This document shows, piece by piece, positions 37,047 through 46,248 of a stretch of DNA of 64,000 nucleotides (position 1 is its first letter; every line of letters starts with the position of its first letter). The stretch comes from Candidatus Iainarchaeum sp. (lineage in GTDB: Archaea > Iainarchaeota > Iainarchaeia > Iainarchaeales > JAGVWC01). The notes beneath the pieces were generated by a model. It made no database searches. It saw only the letters and a program-made list of their open reading frames with translations, and was not told the DNA's origin. Made by a program: the position numbers and the translations under genes. The DNA is taken from positions 127,211 to 191,210 of the forward strand of contig JAGVWC010000010.1 of NCBI GenBank assembly GCA_018304465.1. The letters run 5' to 3'.

Positions 37047-37649
37047 TCAGTTTTCTTTTTTTTCGCTTGGAATCGCGACCGAAACCGACACCGGCACCTT
37101 GGGTGGTTTTCGGATTCCGAGCGTAATTTCGGTTTCTTTGGGATTTATTTTTTTCTTCCGGGCTTTTTTTCTGCGCTTGGGCTTTTTCTTCAACTGGTCT
37201 TTTGGAACGAATTCCAACAAGGTTCCATCCGGAATATCCAAACCGATTTTGGCCACGATCTCGACGCTTCCACGGCTACCGGACGACAAGCGCTGGGCTT
37301 TCTGCAAGCCTTCCTGAATCGCCTTGATCGAAATCAATTCTCCGTTATAGACCGCCACCATGCCTTTTTGCAAGACCCCGGACAAAACCTTGCCGTTTAC
37401 CACAAACAAAGGCAAGAGCTTAAACGACGTTGAAACCAAAAAACGGTTTTTTTGACCCGCCAGTGGAACCAACTGTTTTTTTTTCCGTTTTTGATCCGAC
37501 GAAACCGCGGTATTCAAATCCGATTCTTCAATCGCTTCTTCCAAAGGGGTTTTTTCGCCTTTTAACACCAAGGATTGCCTGATCTTTTCCTCGACTTCTT
37601 CCGGTGTATACCGATACTTAGGCCGTTTTAAAAAATCCAATAACCCCAT
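37047..37649 (-). CDS. Hypothetical protein with a possible EF-Tu-domain-2-like beta-barrel and Lys-rich C-terminus
   Basis: GKVLSGVLQKGMVAVYNGELISIKAIQ loosely resembles translation-factor beta-barrels; the ATG at 37649 is preferred over the 37736 start. Confidence 0.35.
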   Translation of the reverse strand: MGLLDFLKRPKYRYTPEEVEEKIRQSLVLKGEKTPLEEAIEESDLNTAVSSDQKRKKKQLVPLAGQKNRFLVSTSFKLLPLFVVNGKVLSGVLQKGMVAVYNGELISIKAIQEGLQKAQRLSSGSRGSVEIVAKIGLDIPDGTLLEFVPKDQLKKKPKRRKKARKKKINPKETEITLGIRKPPKVPVSVSVAIPSEKKEN

Positions 37650-37808
37650 CGAAGACCCATACAAAAAACAGTTCCGATCTATATAAACCAAACGGATCGA
37701 AGCGGAAAACGCCTTCCAAAACCCAAAAAAACCCAAAAAAACCGTTAAACCCCGTTTTTTTGAGAATCAAAGATCGAAATCGCAAAAAAAAGAGGTTCCG
37801 AGAACGAC

Positions 37809-38507
37809 TCATTTTCGGGCAAAAACGCATTTTTTTCTCAAAAAACAGGGTTCACACGCCGGCGTGACCCGGCAAAATTCTTTGGCATGACGAACAATCA
37901 ACGCGTGAAAATCCGAAAAAATTTCGGAGTCCGTCGGAACACCTTTCATCAAAAAGGATTGACACGCATCATAATCCATTGTTTTTCCGAACACCCGCTG
38001 CACCAACCGCCGCGAATACGCATCCACCACGAGCACGGAATGCCCCCCCGCGTACAACAGCATGGAATCCGCGGTTTCAGGACCGATGCCATGCAACGAA
38101 AGCAATTCTTTTCGAACGATTAACAACGGTCGCGACAACAAGCGTTCCACGGACCCGTGGTTTTTTTTGACGTGACCACAAAACCGTTTCAAGCGATCCG
38201 CTTTCTGATTGAAAAAACCCGCGGAACGAATCAAACCCCCTAATTTTTTCGAATTCATTGCCGACAACGCATCCAGATCCAACACCCGGCGACGCTTGAG
38301 ATTGGCCAAAGCTTTTTCGGCATTCGACCACGCGGCATTCTGGGTCAACATCGCCCCGACACAGATTTCAAGGCGCTGCGCCTCGGTCAACTCCAGCCGT
38401 TTCTTGTACGATGCCGGACCCAAGGGTTCATCCGAAACCGGCCACCAGCCTTGAGCACTAAACCGATGTTGCAGCAAACCAAACAAGGCAAACGAATCCA
38501 AAGACAT
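37809..38507 (-). CDS. HhH-GPD family DNA glycosylase (endonuclease III-like) with C-terminal 4Fe-4S Cys cluster
   Basis: HhH motif LLSLHGIGPETADSML; C-terminal Cys cluster C..ACEPCFLRKKC; ATG at 38507. Confidence 0.75.
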   Translation of the reverse strand: MSLDSFALFGLLQHRFSAQGWWPVSDEPLGPASYKKRLELTEAQRLEICVGAMLTQNAAWSNAEKALANLKRRRVLDLDALSAMNSKKLGGLIRSAGFFNQKADRLKRFCGHVKKNHGSVERLLSRPLLIVRKELLSLHGIGPETADSMLLYAGGHSVLVVDAYSRRLVQRVFGKTMDYDACQSFLMKGVPTDSEIFSDFHALIVRHAKEFCRVTPACEPCFLRKKCVFARK

Positions 38508-38541
38508 GCAAAAAAAAGAGTCGAAAAAAATAAATGACAAT

Positions 38542-39297
38542 CTATTCGAGCCGGATGCCGGTTTCCGTGATTTCAAACGGGTGCGCGAACAAATCGATTT
38601 TGGTCAAACGCATCTTCAAAATCGCAAGCGTTCTGCGAACCGCGGTTCCGACACTGCCGATTCGAAGCAACAAAATACCGTCGCACAAAAACTCGCTGAT
38701 GGTATCCCGCGTCAACCCGCCTTGATTTCCCGGGCTTTCCACGCGCTCGCTGGTCAAGAGAATCGTGGAATTCGATTGGCCCAAGGCCTTGAAAATGCTT
38801 TTCAAACGCAAACGGTTCATGTTCAACGGATCCATCGCAAATACCTTGGACTCTTCCTTAAACGAAAGATTCGACGGCGACACGGGATTAGAAGTAATCG
38901 AATCCAAGGAATCCAAACACACCACATCGTACTGTGAATTCTTCAGTTCCAAAAGCAAAAAATTCACGAGATTCGGATCATCCGCATCCAGGGACAAAAG
39001 CTTTAGGTTCTTGGCTTTTTTGGGATCCCAGCCAAACTGAATCATCTGGCTTTCGATCCGCGAACTATTCTGCTCCAGATTCAAATACAAGCATTTTTTT
39101 CCTTCCATCGCGTTAAAATACAGAATCTGGGAACACAAAATCGATTTTCCCACTCCCGGCGTACCCGCAACCAAAATCACGTGGCCTTTGGGAAAACCGC
39201 CTTGAATCAATTTGTCCATTCCAGGAACAAACGTTTTGACACGCTCAAAAGCATCCGGCACAAAAGCAACCCGTACCATACCTAACGCAAAACGCAT
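38542..39297 (-). CDS. KaiC/RadA-like RecA-superfamily ATPase (single domain)
   Basis: GGFPKGHVILVAGTPGVGKS Walker A in a KaiC-like context; Walker B VVCLDSLD; ~245 aa. Confidence 0.75.
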   Translation of the reverse strand: MRFALGMVRVAFVPDAFERVKTFVPGMDKLIQGGFPKGHVILVAGTPGVGKSILCSQILYFNAMEGKKCLYLNLEQNSSRIESQMIQFGWDPKKAKNLKLLSLDADDPNLVNFLLLELKNSQYDVVCLDSLDSITSNPVSPSNLSFKEESKVFAMDPLNMNRLRLKSIFKALGQSNSTILLTSERVESPGNQGGLTRDTISEFLCDGILLLRIGSVGTAVRRTLAILKMRLTKIDLFAHPFEITETGIRLE

Positions 39298-39392
39298 ATA
39301 TAAACAATGAGGTTGTTTGTTTCACCGGCAATGCACTCACTGCGGCGATGGATTAAACAGCTTCTTTTTCCCCAACTATTCCAGGGATACGG

Positions 39393-39632
39393 ATGGAGGA
39401 AAAAGAAAACATCATCACGCTGGTTTTGATGTCGATTCAAAAACTGGTTTTTCGCGACAAATTGGCAAGCACGTTCGTATTCACTGGCGTCATCCTGTTG
39501 CTAGGCGCGTTTTTTCTGGCGCGATCCGAAATCGGACAAAACATCGGCGCCACGTACATGATGATCACCGGATTGATGCTTGCATTGCTCGGCTTATACA
39601 GCCAACACCCAACCAAGAAAAACAAACGATAA
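39393..39632 (+). CDS. Small hypothetical membrane protein
   Basis: 79 aa with two hydrophobic helices. Confidence 0.3.
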   Translation: MEEKENIITLVLMSIQKLVFRDKLASTFVFTGVILLLGAFFLARSEIGQNIGATYMMITGLMLALLGLYSQHPTKKNKR

Positions 39633-39651
39633 AAAAAAGAGATGAATCGAC

Positions 39652-39885
39652 TTAGGAACACGAAACCACAATGTCGCTAAATCGCGATCCGTCGGGACAC
39701 CCCTGCGGAAGATCGCAATACTCGATATTGACGGTGCCCCACGGCTTGTCGGAGTCCCGGCAAATTCGAACCGCGGGATTTTCCTGCGTCGAATACACGT
39801 ATCCGAAGAAGCCGCCCAACACCAAACCGATCAGCAGCACCAAAACCAACAAAAAACGCACATCCATCATGTTGAAAAAAAGCAT
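39652..39885 (-). CDS. Small secreted/anchored Cys-containing protein
   Basis: MMDVRFLLVLVLLIGLVLGGFFGY followed by a Cys-containing soluble tail (CRDSD..YCDLPQGCPDG..SCS). The track ORF start at 40077 overlaps the opposite-strand gene, so an internal ATG (39885, or alternatively 39870) is preferred. Confidence 0.3.
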   Translation of the reverse strand: MLFFNMMDVRFLLVLVLLIGLVLGGFFGYVYSTQENPAVRICRDSDKPWGTVNIEYCDLPQGCPDGSRFSDIVVSCS

Positions 39886-39961
39886 CTTTAGGCTTTTAAT
39901 CGTATCGATGGAAAACAGCCACAAAAAACCATTTAAAATTGTTCGAATCCGAATATGAGCC

Positions 39962-40645
39962 ATGAACAATGCGGAATTAAACAAAAAAATGGTCCGCCAC
40001 AGCCGAACCCTTACGTACATTCTGGCCGCCTTTTTGCTGGTCGCGTTGTTTTTGAAGAATTCTGTTTCAAAAACCACGGATTATTCAAACCTTGCCAGTG
40101 AACTTGGAATCCTGTCGTTTATCTTCATCAGCCTGGCTTTAAGCGTCACCCCCATCCGAACCTTGTTTCCCGCGTTTGTGTTTAACGGCACGATTTTTTT
40201 TGCCCGACGCGCGATTGGAGTCTCAAGCTTTGCTTTTGCAGCCCTGCATTTTTCCCTGCAATTCGTTTTTTTCTTCGGAAGCAGTCTTGACGCCTTGTTT
40301 TTGTTTAACCAAAACGCGTCGAACGCGATTTTTTTCGGAATCGTTTCGGCCTTGATTTTGTTTTTCATGACGATTACGTCCACGGACTGGGCGGTTGCAA
40401 AACTCGGCAAAAACTGGTTTTTGCTTCACCGATTCGTTTACCTTGCGTACCCCCTGATCATTCTCCACGCGGTTCTCATCGGATCCGATTTCACACGGCT
40501 TTCATTTCTCTCAGGAGTGTTCCTGTTGGCGGCCGCGCTTACCATTATTTTGGAAGCCGCGCGACTGAACAAAACTCTTCGGCAAAAAACCATTTCCATC
40601 AACCCAAAACCCGAACCGGAAAAACCCCCAAAACGAAACCCATAA
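39962..40645 (+). CDS. Polytopic membrane protein, ferric-reductase-like TM domain (YedZ/MsrQ-like) candidate
   Basis: Six TM helices with conserved His in helices (ALHFSLQ, ILHAVLIG). Assignment is tentative. Confidence 0.4.
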   Translation: MNNAELNKKMVRHSRTLTYILAAFLLVALFLKNSVSKTTDYSNLASELGILSFIFISLALSVTPIRTLFPAFVFNGTIFFARRAIGVSSFAFAALHFSLQFVFFFGSSLDALFLFNQNASNAIFFGIVSALILFFMTITSTDWAVAKLGKNWFLLHRFVYLAYPLIILHAVLIGSDFTRLSFLSGVFLLAAALTIILEAARLNKTLRQKTISINPKPEPEKPPKRNP

Positions 40646-40658
40646 TAATCCGAAATAC

Positions 40659-41183
40659 GTGATCGATAGAATGACCAAAGCGAATTTTCAAATCGAGCGC
40701 GAACCCATCTGGGCTGGATGGTGCCCTATTCACAGCGGCGTTCCACCCGCGTTTGACGCCGGCGGATACGTGTGCACCAAATGCCGAAAAACGGTTTGCG
40801 CCGCCTGCATTTACACTACGAACATCGGCATCATCTGCCAAAACTGCGTTCGCACTTCCAAACACGCCGTCACCGAAGCCACGTCGCTTTATCCCCAACA
40901 AAAAATTTCCGACAAAGACCGCGTCGGAATCGCGCGAATCGAAATCCTGTTGTTTTTGGCCTTGACTGTGGTCGCGGCGGCTATTTCGGTGCTGAGCGTT
41001 TTTAACGAACCCAATCATTTTTTCGTAATACCCATTCTGTACGGCGCCATTGTGACACTCGTGATCGCGTACGCCGCGATGTTCATCAAAAATTACCTGG
41101 ATAAAACCAGGGCCAAGGAAATTTCGCTTACGTCGGACGAAAAAAAAGAACTCGAACGCTTGTCCAATCCGAAAAAGAAATGA
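40659..41183 (+). CDS. Zinc-ribbon plus 2-TM membrane protein
   Basis: Cys pairs WCPIH...CTKCRKTVCAACIYTTNIGIICQNC, then two TM helices and a charged C-terminus. Confidence 0.45.
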   Translation: MIDRMTKANFQIEREPIWAGWCPIHSGVPPAFDAGGYVCTKCRKTVCAACIYTTNIGIICQNCVRTSKHAVTEATSLYPQQKISDKDRVGIARIEILLFLALTVVAAAISVLSVFNEPNHFFVIPILYGAIVTLVIAYAAMFIKNYLDKTRAKEISLTSDEKKELERLSNPKKK

Positions 41184-41284
41184 TTTTCCGAAACTGACCG
41201 GCAAATCACCCCCGTTTTACCGGCAACACACCGCTTCCAAACCTTAAAAGCAACTCGCCGCGTTATCCCTATCCGGGGAAAACA

Positions 41285-41797
41285 ATGGACGAAAAAGAAC
41301 TGATTATTTATTCGAATCCAACGAACGCGAACGCCGCGCACTTCGCATTGATCAAAGCCATCGAAGACGCGCACCACGGATGCGTGTTGTTTGTCGACTG
41401 CATTAACGGGTTTGATCCGTACCAAGTGCTTAAACTCTGCGCAAACCCGCCGCAAGCGCGCCAGATTCTTCACAACGTGCTCGTGTCACGCCCGTTCACG
41501 TTTCATCAGTTCAAACGATTGCTTGACACCGAACTCGCATCCACGTTCGACCGGCACCAGGGACGCGCCGTCATTATTTTGGGTTACACCAATTTGTTTT
41601 TGGATTCCGATGTCGCGGAAGAAGAACGCCTCGCGGTGCTTGGCACCGCCACCAAAAAACTCCACAGCCTCGTGATCGAACACCCGTTGCCCGTCCAAGT
41701 CATGCTCTCCGAAAACGCGTATTCCGAACTCGTACGGGGGTGGCTGGATGGGGCGGACCGTACCGTCGTTTCGACAAGTCGTGGGAAACGAATATAG
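41285..41797 (+). CDS. Hypothetical protein, possibly a Walker-A-less RecA/KaiC-like fold
   Basis: A beta-loop-alpha-beta pattern (LIIYSNPTNANAAHFALIKAIEDAHHGCVLFVD) resembles the RecA core but lacks the GxxGxGKT loop. Speculative. Confidence 0.35.
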   Translation: MDEKELIIYSNPTNANAAHFALIKAIEDAHHGCVLFVDCINGFDPYQVLKLCANPPQARQILHNVLVSRPFTFHQFKRLLDTELASTFDRHQGRAVIILGYTNLFLDSDVAEEERLAVLGTATKKLHSLVIEHPLPVQVMLSENAYSELVRGWLDGADRTVVSTSRGKRI

Positions 41798-41983
41798 CAC
41801 ACTGGAAAAATACTGTAAAGCGCTGCGAAAACAAGACGGAGAACTACTTCGCGAATTGATTCTATCCGCACGCATGCACACGCACGCCGCCGGATACGCG
41901 GGCTTTCTGGATCCCATGCAAGCAATACTTCTCGGAATGCTGCTTGAACAAGAGAAAAAAATAAAAGAAATCGAAAAACGGAA

Positions 41984-42343
41984 ATGATTCAAGTGAACAT
42001 CGTTATTCACCGGAAACAAACCCGCTTAGATGGAAGCGCACACGATTTTTTGTTTACGACCGTATATGTCGATGTTTCGGAAAGAAATCCGCGCCTGGTG
42101 GACTTTAGCGTGTCCCAATTCCTTTTTCTTGACCAAAAACACGCGGTGATCCGCTTCGATTGTGCACACGGGTATCTGAATGTCCATCGTTTTTTTGAAT
42201 CAAAAACGAATCGCACGGATTACCAGGACCAAGTTCCAAGCGCCGAACTGTATGAGCAATGCAAAAAAGATATTCATTCAAATTGGACGGAATACCGGGA
42301 AAAATACCTAAAAAAATGGAAAACAAAACACCACTTTATATAA
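41984..42343 (+). CDS. Hypothetical protein, downstream member of an overlapping two-gene module
   Basis: 119 aa; start overlaps the stop of the 41748..41987 ORF (ATGA). Confidence 0.3.
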   Translation: MIQVNIVIHRKQTRLDGSAHDFLFTTVYVDVSERNPRLVDFSVSQFLFLDQKHAVIRFDCAHGYLNVHRFFESKTNRTDYQDQVPSAELYEQCKKDIHSNWTEYREKYLKKWKTKHHFI

Positions 42344-42359
42344 CATTAGGAGTTATATT

Positions 42360-42734
42360 ATGTGCGGGCTTGAAATGAAAAAAAAACTGACCATCAAAAT
42401 CGGCGGCGACATGGACGCGGACGACCGCGAACTATTAACCAATATCAAGAAAGCCCGCCGACCCTCGCACACCCTTTACCTGGACTCGATCGAGCAACTG
42501 CACGCGCTTTTATCCCCCAAAAAAATCCATATTCTCAAAAGCCTGCTCGAAAACGATGACAATCCAACGGTTTCAGAACTCGCCAAAAAAACAAACCGAA
42601 AACAAGAAGCCATCAGCCGCGACATCCACGACCTTTGCGACCGCAACCTGGTTCGCCTGGAAAAAAAAGGGCAGCGCGTGCATGCAAAAACAAATTACGA
42701 CAAAATCGTGATCGAAATCCCGCTTGCCCGCTAA
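42360..42734 (+). CDS. Winged-helix transcriptional regulator
   Basis: HTH segment TVSELAKKTNRKQEAISRDIHDLCDRNLV, then wing VRLEKKGQRVHAKTNYDKIV. Confidence 0.5.
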   Translation: MCGLEMKKKLTIKIGGDMDADDRELLTNIKKARRPSHTLYLDSIEQLHALLSPKKIHILKSLLENDDNPTVSELAKKTNRKQEAISRDIHDLCDRNLVRLEKKGQRVHAKTNYDKIVIEIPLAR

Positions 42735-42769
42735 ACCGATTTAAAAACTCTTGTTGGGAATATCACGGT

Positions 42770-43606
42770 ATGCCAAAAGTCCTTATTACAGGGGCCAGCA
42801 GTTATGTCGGAGCCCGCTTGTATGCCGATCTTCGGAAAAAATTCGACGTCACCGGAACGTACCATTCGACCCCGCTGTTTCCAGAGCTTGTCAAACTGGA
42901 TGTCACCAATTCCGGCGAAGTCCAGGAAACGGTTTTCAGGCTAAAACCGGATTTTGTCGTGCATGTTGCCGCGAATCCTTCCGCAAAATGGTGCGAAGAA
43001 AACCCGACACTTGCCAAAAAACTCAACGAAGACGGAACCCAGAACGTGGTCGATGCGGCAAATCGAATCCACGCGAAAGTCATTTACATGTCTTCGGTTG
43101 CCGCCAAAAAGCCGTCCAGCCTATATGGAAAAACAAAAGGCGAAGGCGAAAAAATCGCTGTCCAAACCAAAGCAGGATACGTTATTCTGCGCCCATCGCT
43201 TATCATCGGATTCAGCCCGAACACGGTAAACGACCGCGCATACAACCGCTTGCTCAAAAACATCATGGAAAAAACCCCCGCAGTTTACGACACGTCGTGG
43301 AAATTCCGGCCCACTTGGATCGGACACATTTCCGAGATCATCGAAAAAGTGATCGACCGCAACATCACCGGTGAAACGATTCCCATTCTGGTTCCGACAT
43401 TAAAATCTCGGTTCGACATCGCAAAAGACCTTCTTACGGCGTTTGGCATTCAGGCAGCCCCAAAAGACCTTAACGACACAACTCCAGCCGACTCCGAAGA
43501 TCTGGACAAGCTCCGCCAATTGGATCTTCCCCAGTATACGTACCCAGAGATCCTTGAAAAGATAATCCGCGAAACAAAAGACTATCTCCAAAGTATCCGA
43601 TCGTAA
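42770..43606 (+). CDS. NAD(P)-dependent epimerase/dehydratase family protein (dTDP-4-dehydrorhamnose reductase RmlD-like)
   Basis: N-terminal Rossmann KVLITGASSYVGARL; YxxxK-type region (SLYGKTK); ATG at 42770. Confidence 0.7.
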   Translation: MPKVLITGASSYVGARLYADLRKKFDVTGTYHSTPLFPELVKLDVTNSGEVQETVFRLKPDFVVHVAANPSAKWCEENPTLAKKLNEDGTQNVVDAANRIHAKVIYMSSVAAKKPSSLYGKTKGEGEKIAVQTKAGYVILRPSLIIGFSPNTVNDRAYNRLLKNIMEKTPAVYDTSWKFRPTWIGHISEIIEKVIDRNITGETIPILVPTLKSRFDIAKDLLTAFGIQAAPKDLNDTTPADSEDLDKLRQLDLPQYTYPEILEKIIRETKDYLQSIRS

Positions 43607-43678
43607 CGAATACATTTCACCGGCAATCCACCCTCTTTTCGTTAAAGAACCCCCGCTAACCTTTTCGTACGGAATCCC

Positions 43679-45928
43679 ATGCACGGCACTTTAATCGATG
43701 TTTTTTCGGACAAAAACGAACTCGTCCTCTGGATCCGGTACGGAACCCAGAATCTGTTCCTGAGGGACGCCTACAAACCCGTTTTTTTCATCCAAAGCCG
43801 CGAACACGACTTGATTTCGATCGCCGACACCATTTCAACCGAATTTCCAGGCGACGACTATGTCATCCGGCTCGTGAAAAAACGGGATTTTGACACGAAC
43901 CGATTGCAAGACGCCTTGCAAGTGCAAGTCAAAGATTTTCGAAAACGAAGCAAACTCGTTCGGTTTTTGAACACCGAATACCAATTCGAATCCAATCTGT
44001 TTCATGCCGACCTATCCGTGGAACAACTATACTTGTTCGAAAAAAACCTCCGGCCATTGCAAGACGTGGAATTCGGCGTGCAAGGCAAACGAATATGGTT
44101 TTTGCAGCCCTTAAAATTCCAGGCATTCACCGACGAGTTTCCCGCTTTTACCCACGTAACCGTGGAAGCGATTCCGAAAGGCGACGTACGGCAAACCAAC
44201 GAAATCGCGCTTGAAGCGATGCGTTTAGACGAACAATTTTTCCGCGGAAGCGAAGACGAAATTCTTTTGCAATTCAAGAATGCGTACGAAAAAAAAGATC
44301 CTGACATCGTGCTGTCTGTTTCCGGAAACAAATGGATGCTCGAATATGTCAAACAACGCTTTCTTTTTCACCGGATTCCGTTCGAATGGGGCCGGTTTTC
44401 CGACAAAGCCGGCGGAAAACCCAGTTCGTATTTTTCCTACGGACAAATCATTCGCCGGGACCTCAGCCATTTTTTGTGCGGACGACTGCACATCGACACC
44501 AGCGGTTTTCATTTCAAGGAATGCGGACTCGACGGCGTGCTCGAAATGGCGTACACCACGGCGATGCCCGTGCAAAAAGCCGGCTTCAAAAGCTCCGGTT
44601 CGTGCATTTCGAATTTGCAGTTGTTTTACGCCTACCAGCAAGGATACCTGATTCCCGACCGGAAAAACCAGGTGGAAAAATTCGACTCGGGCTGGCACTT
44701 GTTTGAAGTCGACAAAGGCGGCATGGTATTCGAACCCAGAATCGGATTGCACGAAAACGTCGTCGAGCTCGATTTTTCCAGTTTGTATCCCTCGATCATG
44801 GTCGAACACAATATTTCACCCGAAACCGTGTTATGCCATTGCTGCGACAACGACGTGGTGCCCGAATGTCATTACAACATCTGCGAAAAACGCCGCGGAC
44901 TGATTCCGATCGTACTCAAACCCGTGCTGGAAAGACGATTGTACTTCAAGCGCATGAAAAGCATGACGAAAGGAAAAGAACGCGAAACCTACAAACAAAA
45001 AGCCAACGCCCTCAAATGGCTGCTCGTAACATCGTTTGGCTATACGGGATACAAAAACGCGCGTTTTGGACGCATCGAATGCCACGAAGCCATTTGCGCG
45101 TATTCGCGCGAAAAACTCCTTTCCGCCGCCCGAATATGCGAAGACGCCGGTTTTGAAGTACTGCACGCCATCGTGGATTCCGTCTACATAACCAAGCCCG
45201 GATTTTCGCTTGACGACCTCTCCGCACTGATCAACACCATCACCGAAAAAACCCGGGTCGAAATCGTTCTTGAAGGAATATTCAATTGGATCGTGTTCGT
45301 TCCGTCTCGACGCGATCACCGCATCGCCACCCCCACCCGTTTTTACGGAGTATACCAAAACGGGGAAGCCAAGCTCCGCGGACTCGAAATCCGGCGACGC
45401 GATTCCCCCACCGCCATTAAAAAAATGCAATCCGAACAAATCGCGATTCTTTCCAAAGCGACCGACAAAACCTTGTTTGAAAAACAAATTCCCAAAGTCA
45501 AGCGCAAAATGAAAGAATGGATCCAAAAACTCCACAACGGCTTGATCCCCTTCGAAGAACTCGTGATCACCAAACGCGTGTCAAAACCGCTTTCGAAATA
45601 CCGCGGCACCAACGCCCAAAAAACCGTGTTGACGCAACTGGCCCGCCGCGGAATCGAAATACACCCCGGGGAAAAAATACGTTTTCTTTATACCAAAACC
45701 GATTCGTCACAACCCGAAAAACGCGTCACGGCGTATTCAAACCAAACGCCGCCGGTTACGGTCGATCACAAAAAATACGAAGAATTATTCGTCAACGCGA
45801 CGTGGGAATTACTGCATTTTAACGGAACCAAAAAAGAAGAATTATTCGAAACGCTTTTTGACCAACAACAGACAAAACTCAACGCGTTTTCAGAAACGAA
45901 ACCCGCGAAAATGAGCCGACATGGATAA
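43679..45928 (+). CDS. polB: Family B DNA polymerase, with apparently degenerate exonuclease motifs
   Basis: Motif A DFSSLYPSIM, motif-B-like K..LLVTSFGYTGY, motif-C region HAIVDSVY; 749 aa. Confidence 0.85.
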   Translation: MHGTLIDVFSDKNELVLWIRYGTQNLFLRDAYKPVFFIQSREHDLISIADTISTEFPGDDYVIRLVKKRDFDTNRLQDALQVQVKDFRKRSKLVRFLNTEYQFESNLFHADLSVEQLYLFEKNLRPLQDVEFGVQGKRIWFLQPLKFQAFTDEFPAFTHVTVEAIPKGDVRQTNEIALEAMRLDEQFFRGSEDEILLQFKNAYEKKDPDIVLSVSGNKWMLEYVKQRFLFHRIPFEWGRFSDKAGGKPSSYFSYGQIIRRDLSHFLCGRLHIDTSGFHFKECGLDGVLEMAYTTAMPVQKAGFKSSGSCISNLQLFYAYQQGYLIPDRKNQVEKFDSGWHLFEVDKGGMVFEPRIGLHENVVELDFSSLYPSIMVEHNISPETVLCHCCDNDVVPECHYNICEKRRGLIPIVLKPVLERRLYFKRMKSMTKGKERETYKQKANALKWLLVTSFGYTGYKNARFGRIECHEAICAYSREKLLSAARICEDAGFEVLHAIVDSVYITKPGFSLDDLSALINTITEKTRVEIVLEGIFNWIVFVPSRRDHRIATPTRFYGVYQNGEAKLRGLEIRRRDSPTAIKKMQSEQIAILSKATDKTLFEKQIPKVKRKMKEWIQKLHNGLIPFEELVITKRVSKPLSKYRGTNAQKTVLTQLARRGIEIHPGEKIRFLYTKTDSSQPEKRVTAYSNQTPPVTVDHKKYEELFVNATWELLHFNGTKKEELFETLFDQQQTKLNAFSETKPAKMSRHG

Positions 45929-46248
45929 CGGTCGGTTTCCACAAAGCCCCAACAATTCGCTCATTTTTTTCACCCATCACCGGTTACCAACAATAGGAAA
46001 TGAACCCCCTACTATTTGTTTTGGAATGCGTTTTTGGAGGGGAAAAAAAACCAAAAACAAGCACCGAAAACATTTAAAAAACAATTATAAGTTAATTATA
46101 GTTCTGGTGAAGTGCTTGAAAAACGACTCTTCGCGCATCGAACTATATTTTTTCATCACATTGGTCGCCATGCTCATCGTCGCCTTTTCCGCGCAATCCA
46201 AAACCCAAAACGGCTCCTTTAAAGAAAATATCGAATCCAATTCACTCC

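Noticed and set aside
44225-44809. 194-aa minus-strand ORF and several other 100-230-aa ORFs inside PolB
   Set aside because: They overlap the PolB coding region, which has motifs A/B/C. None has recognisable motifs.
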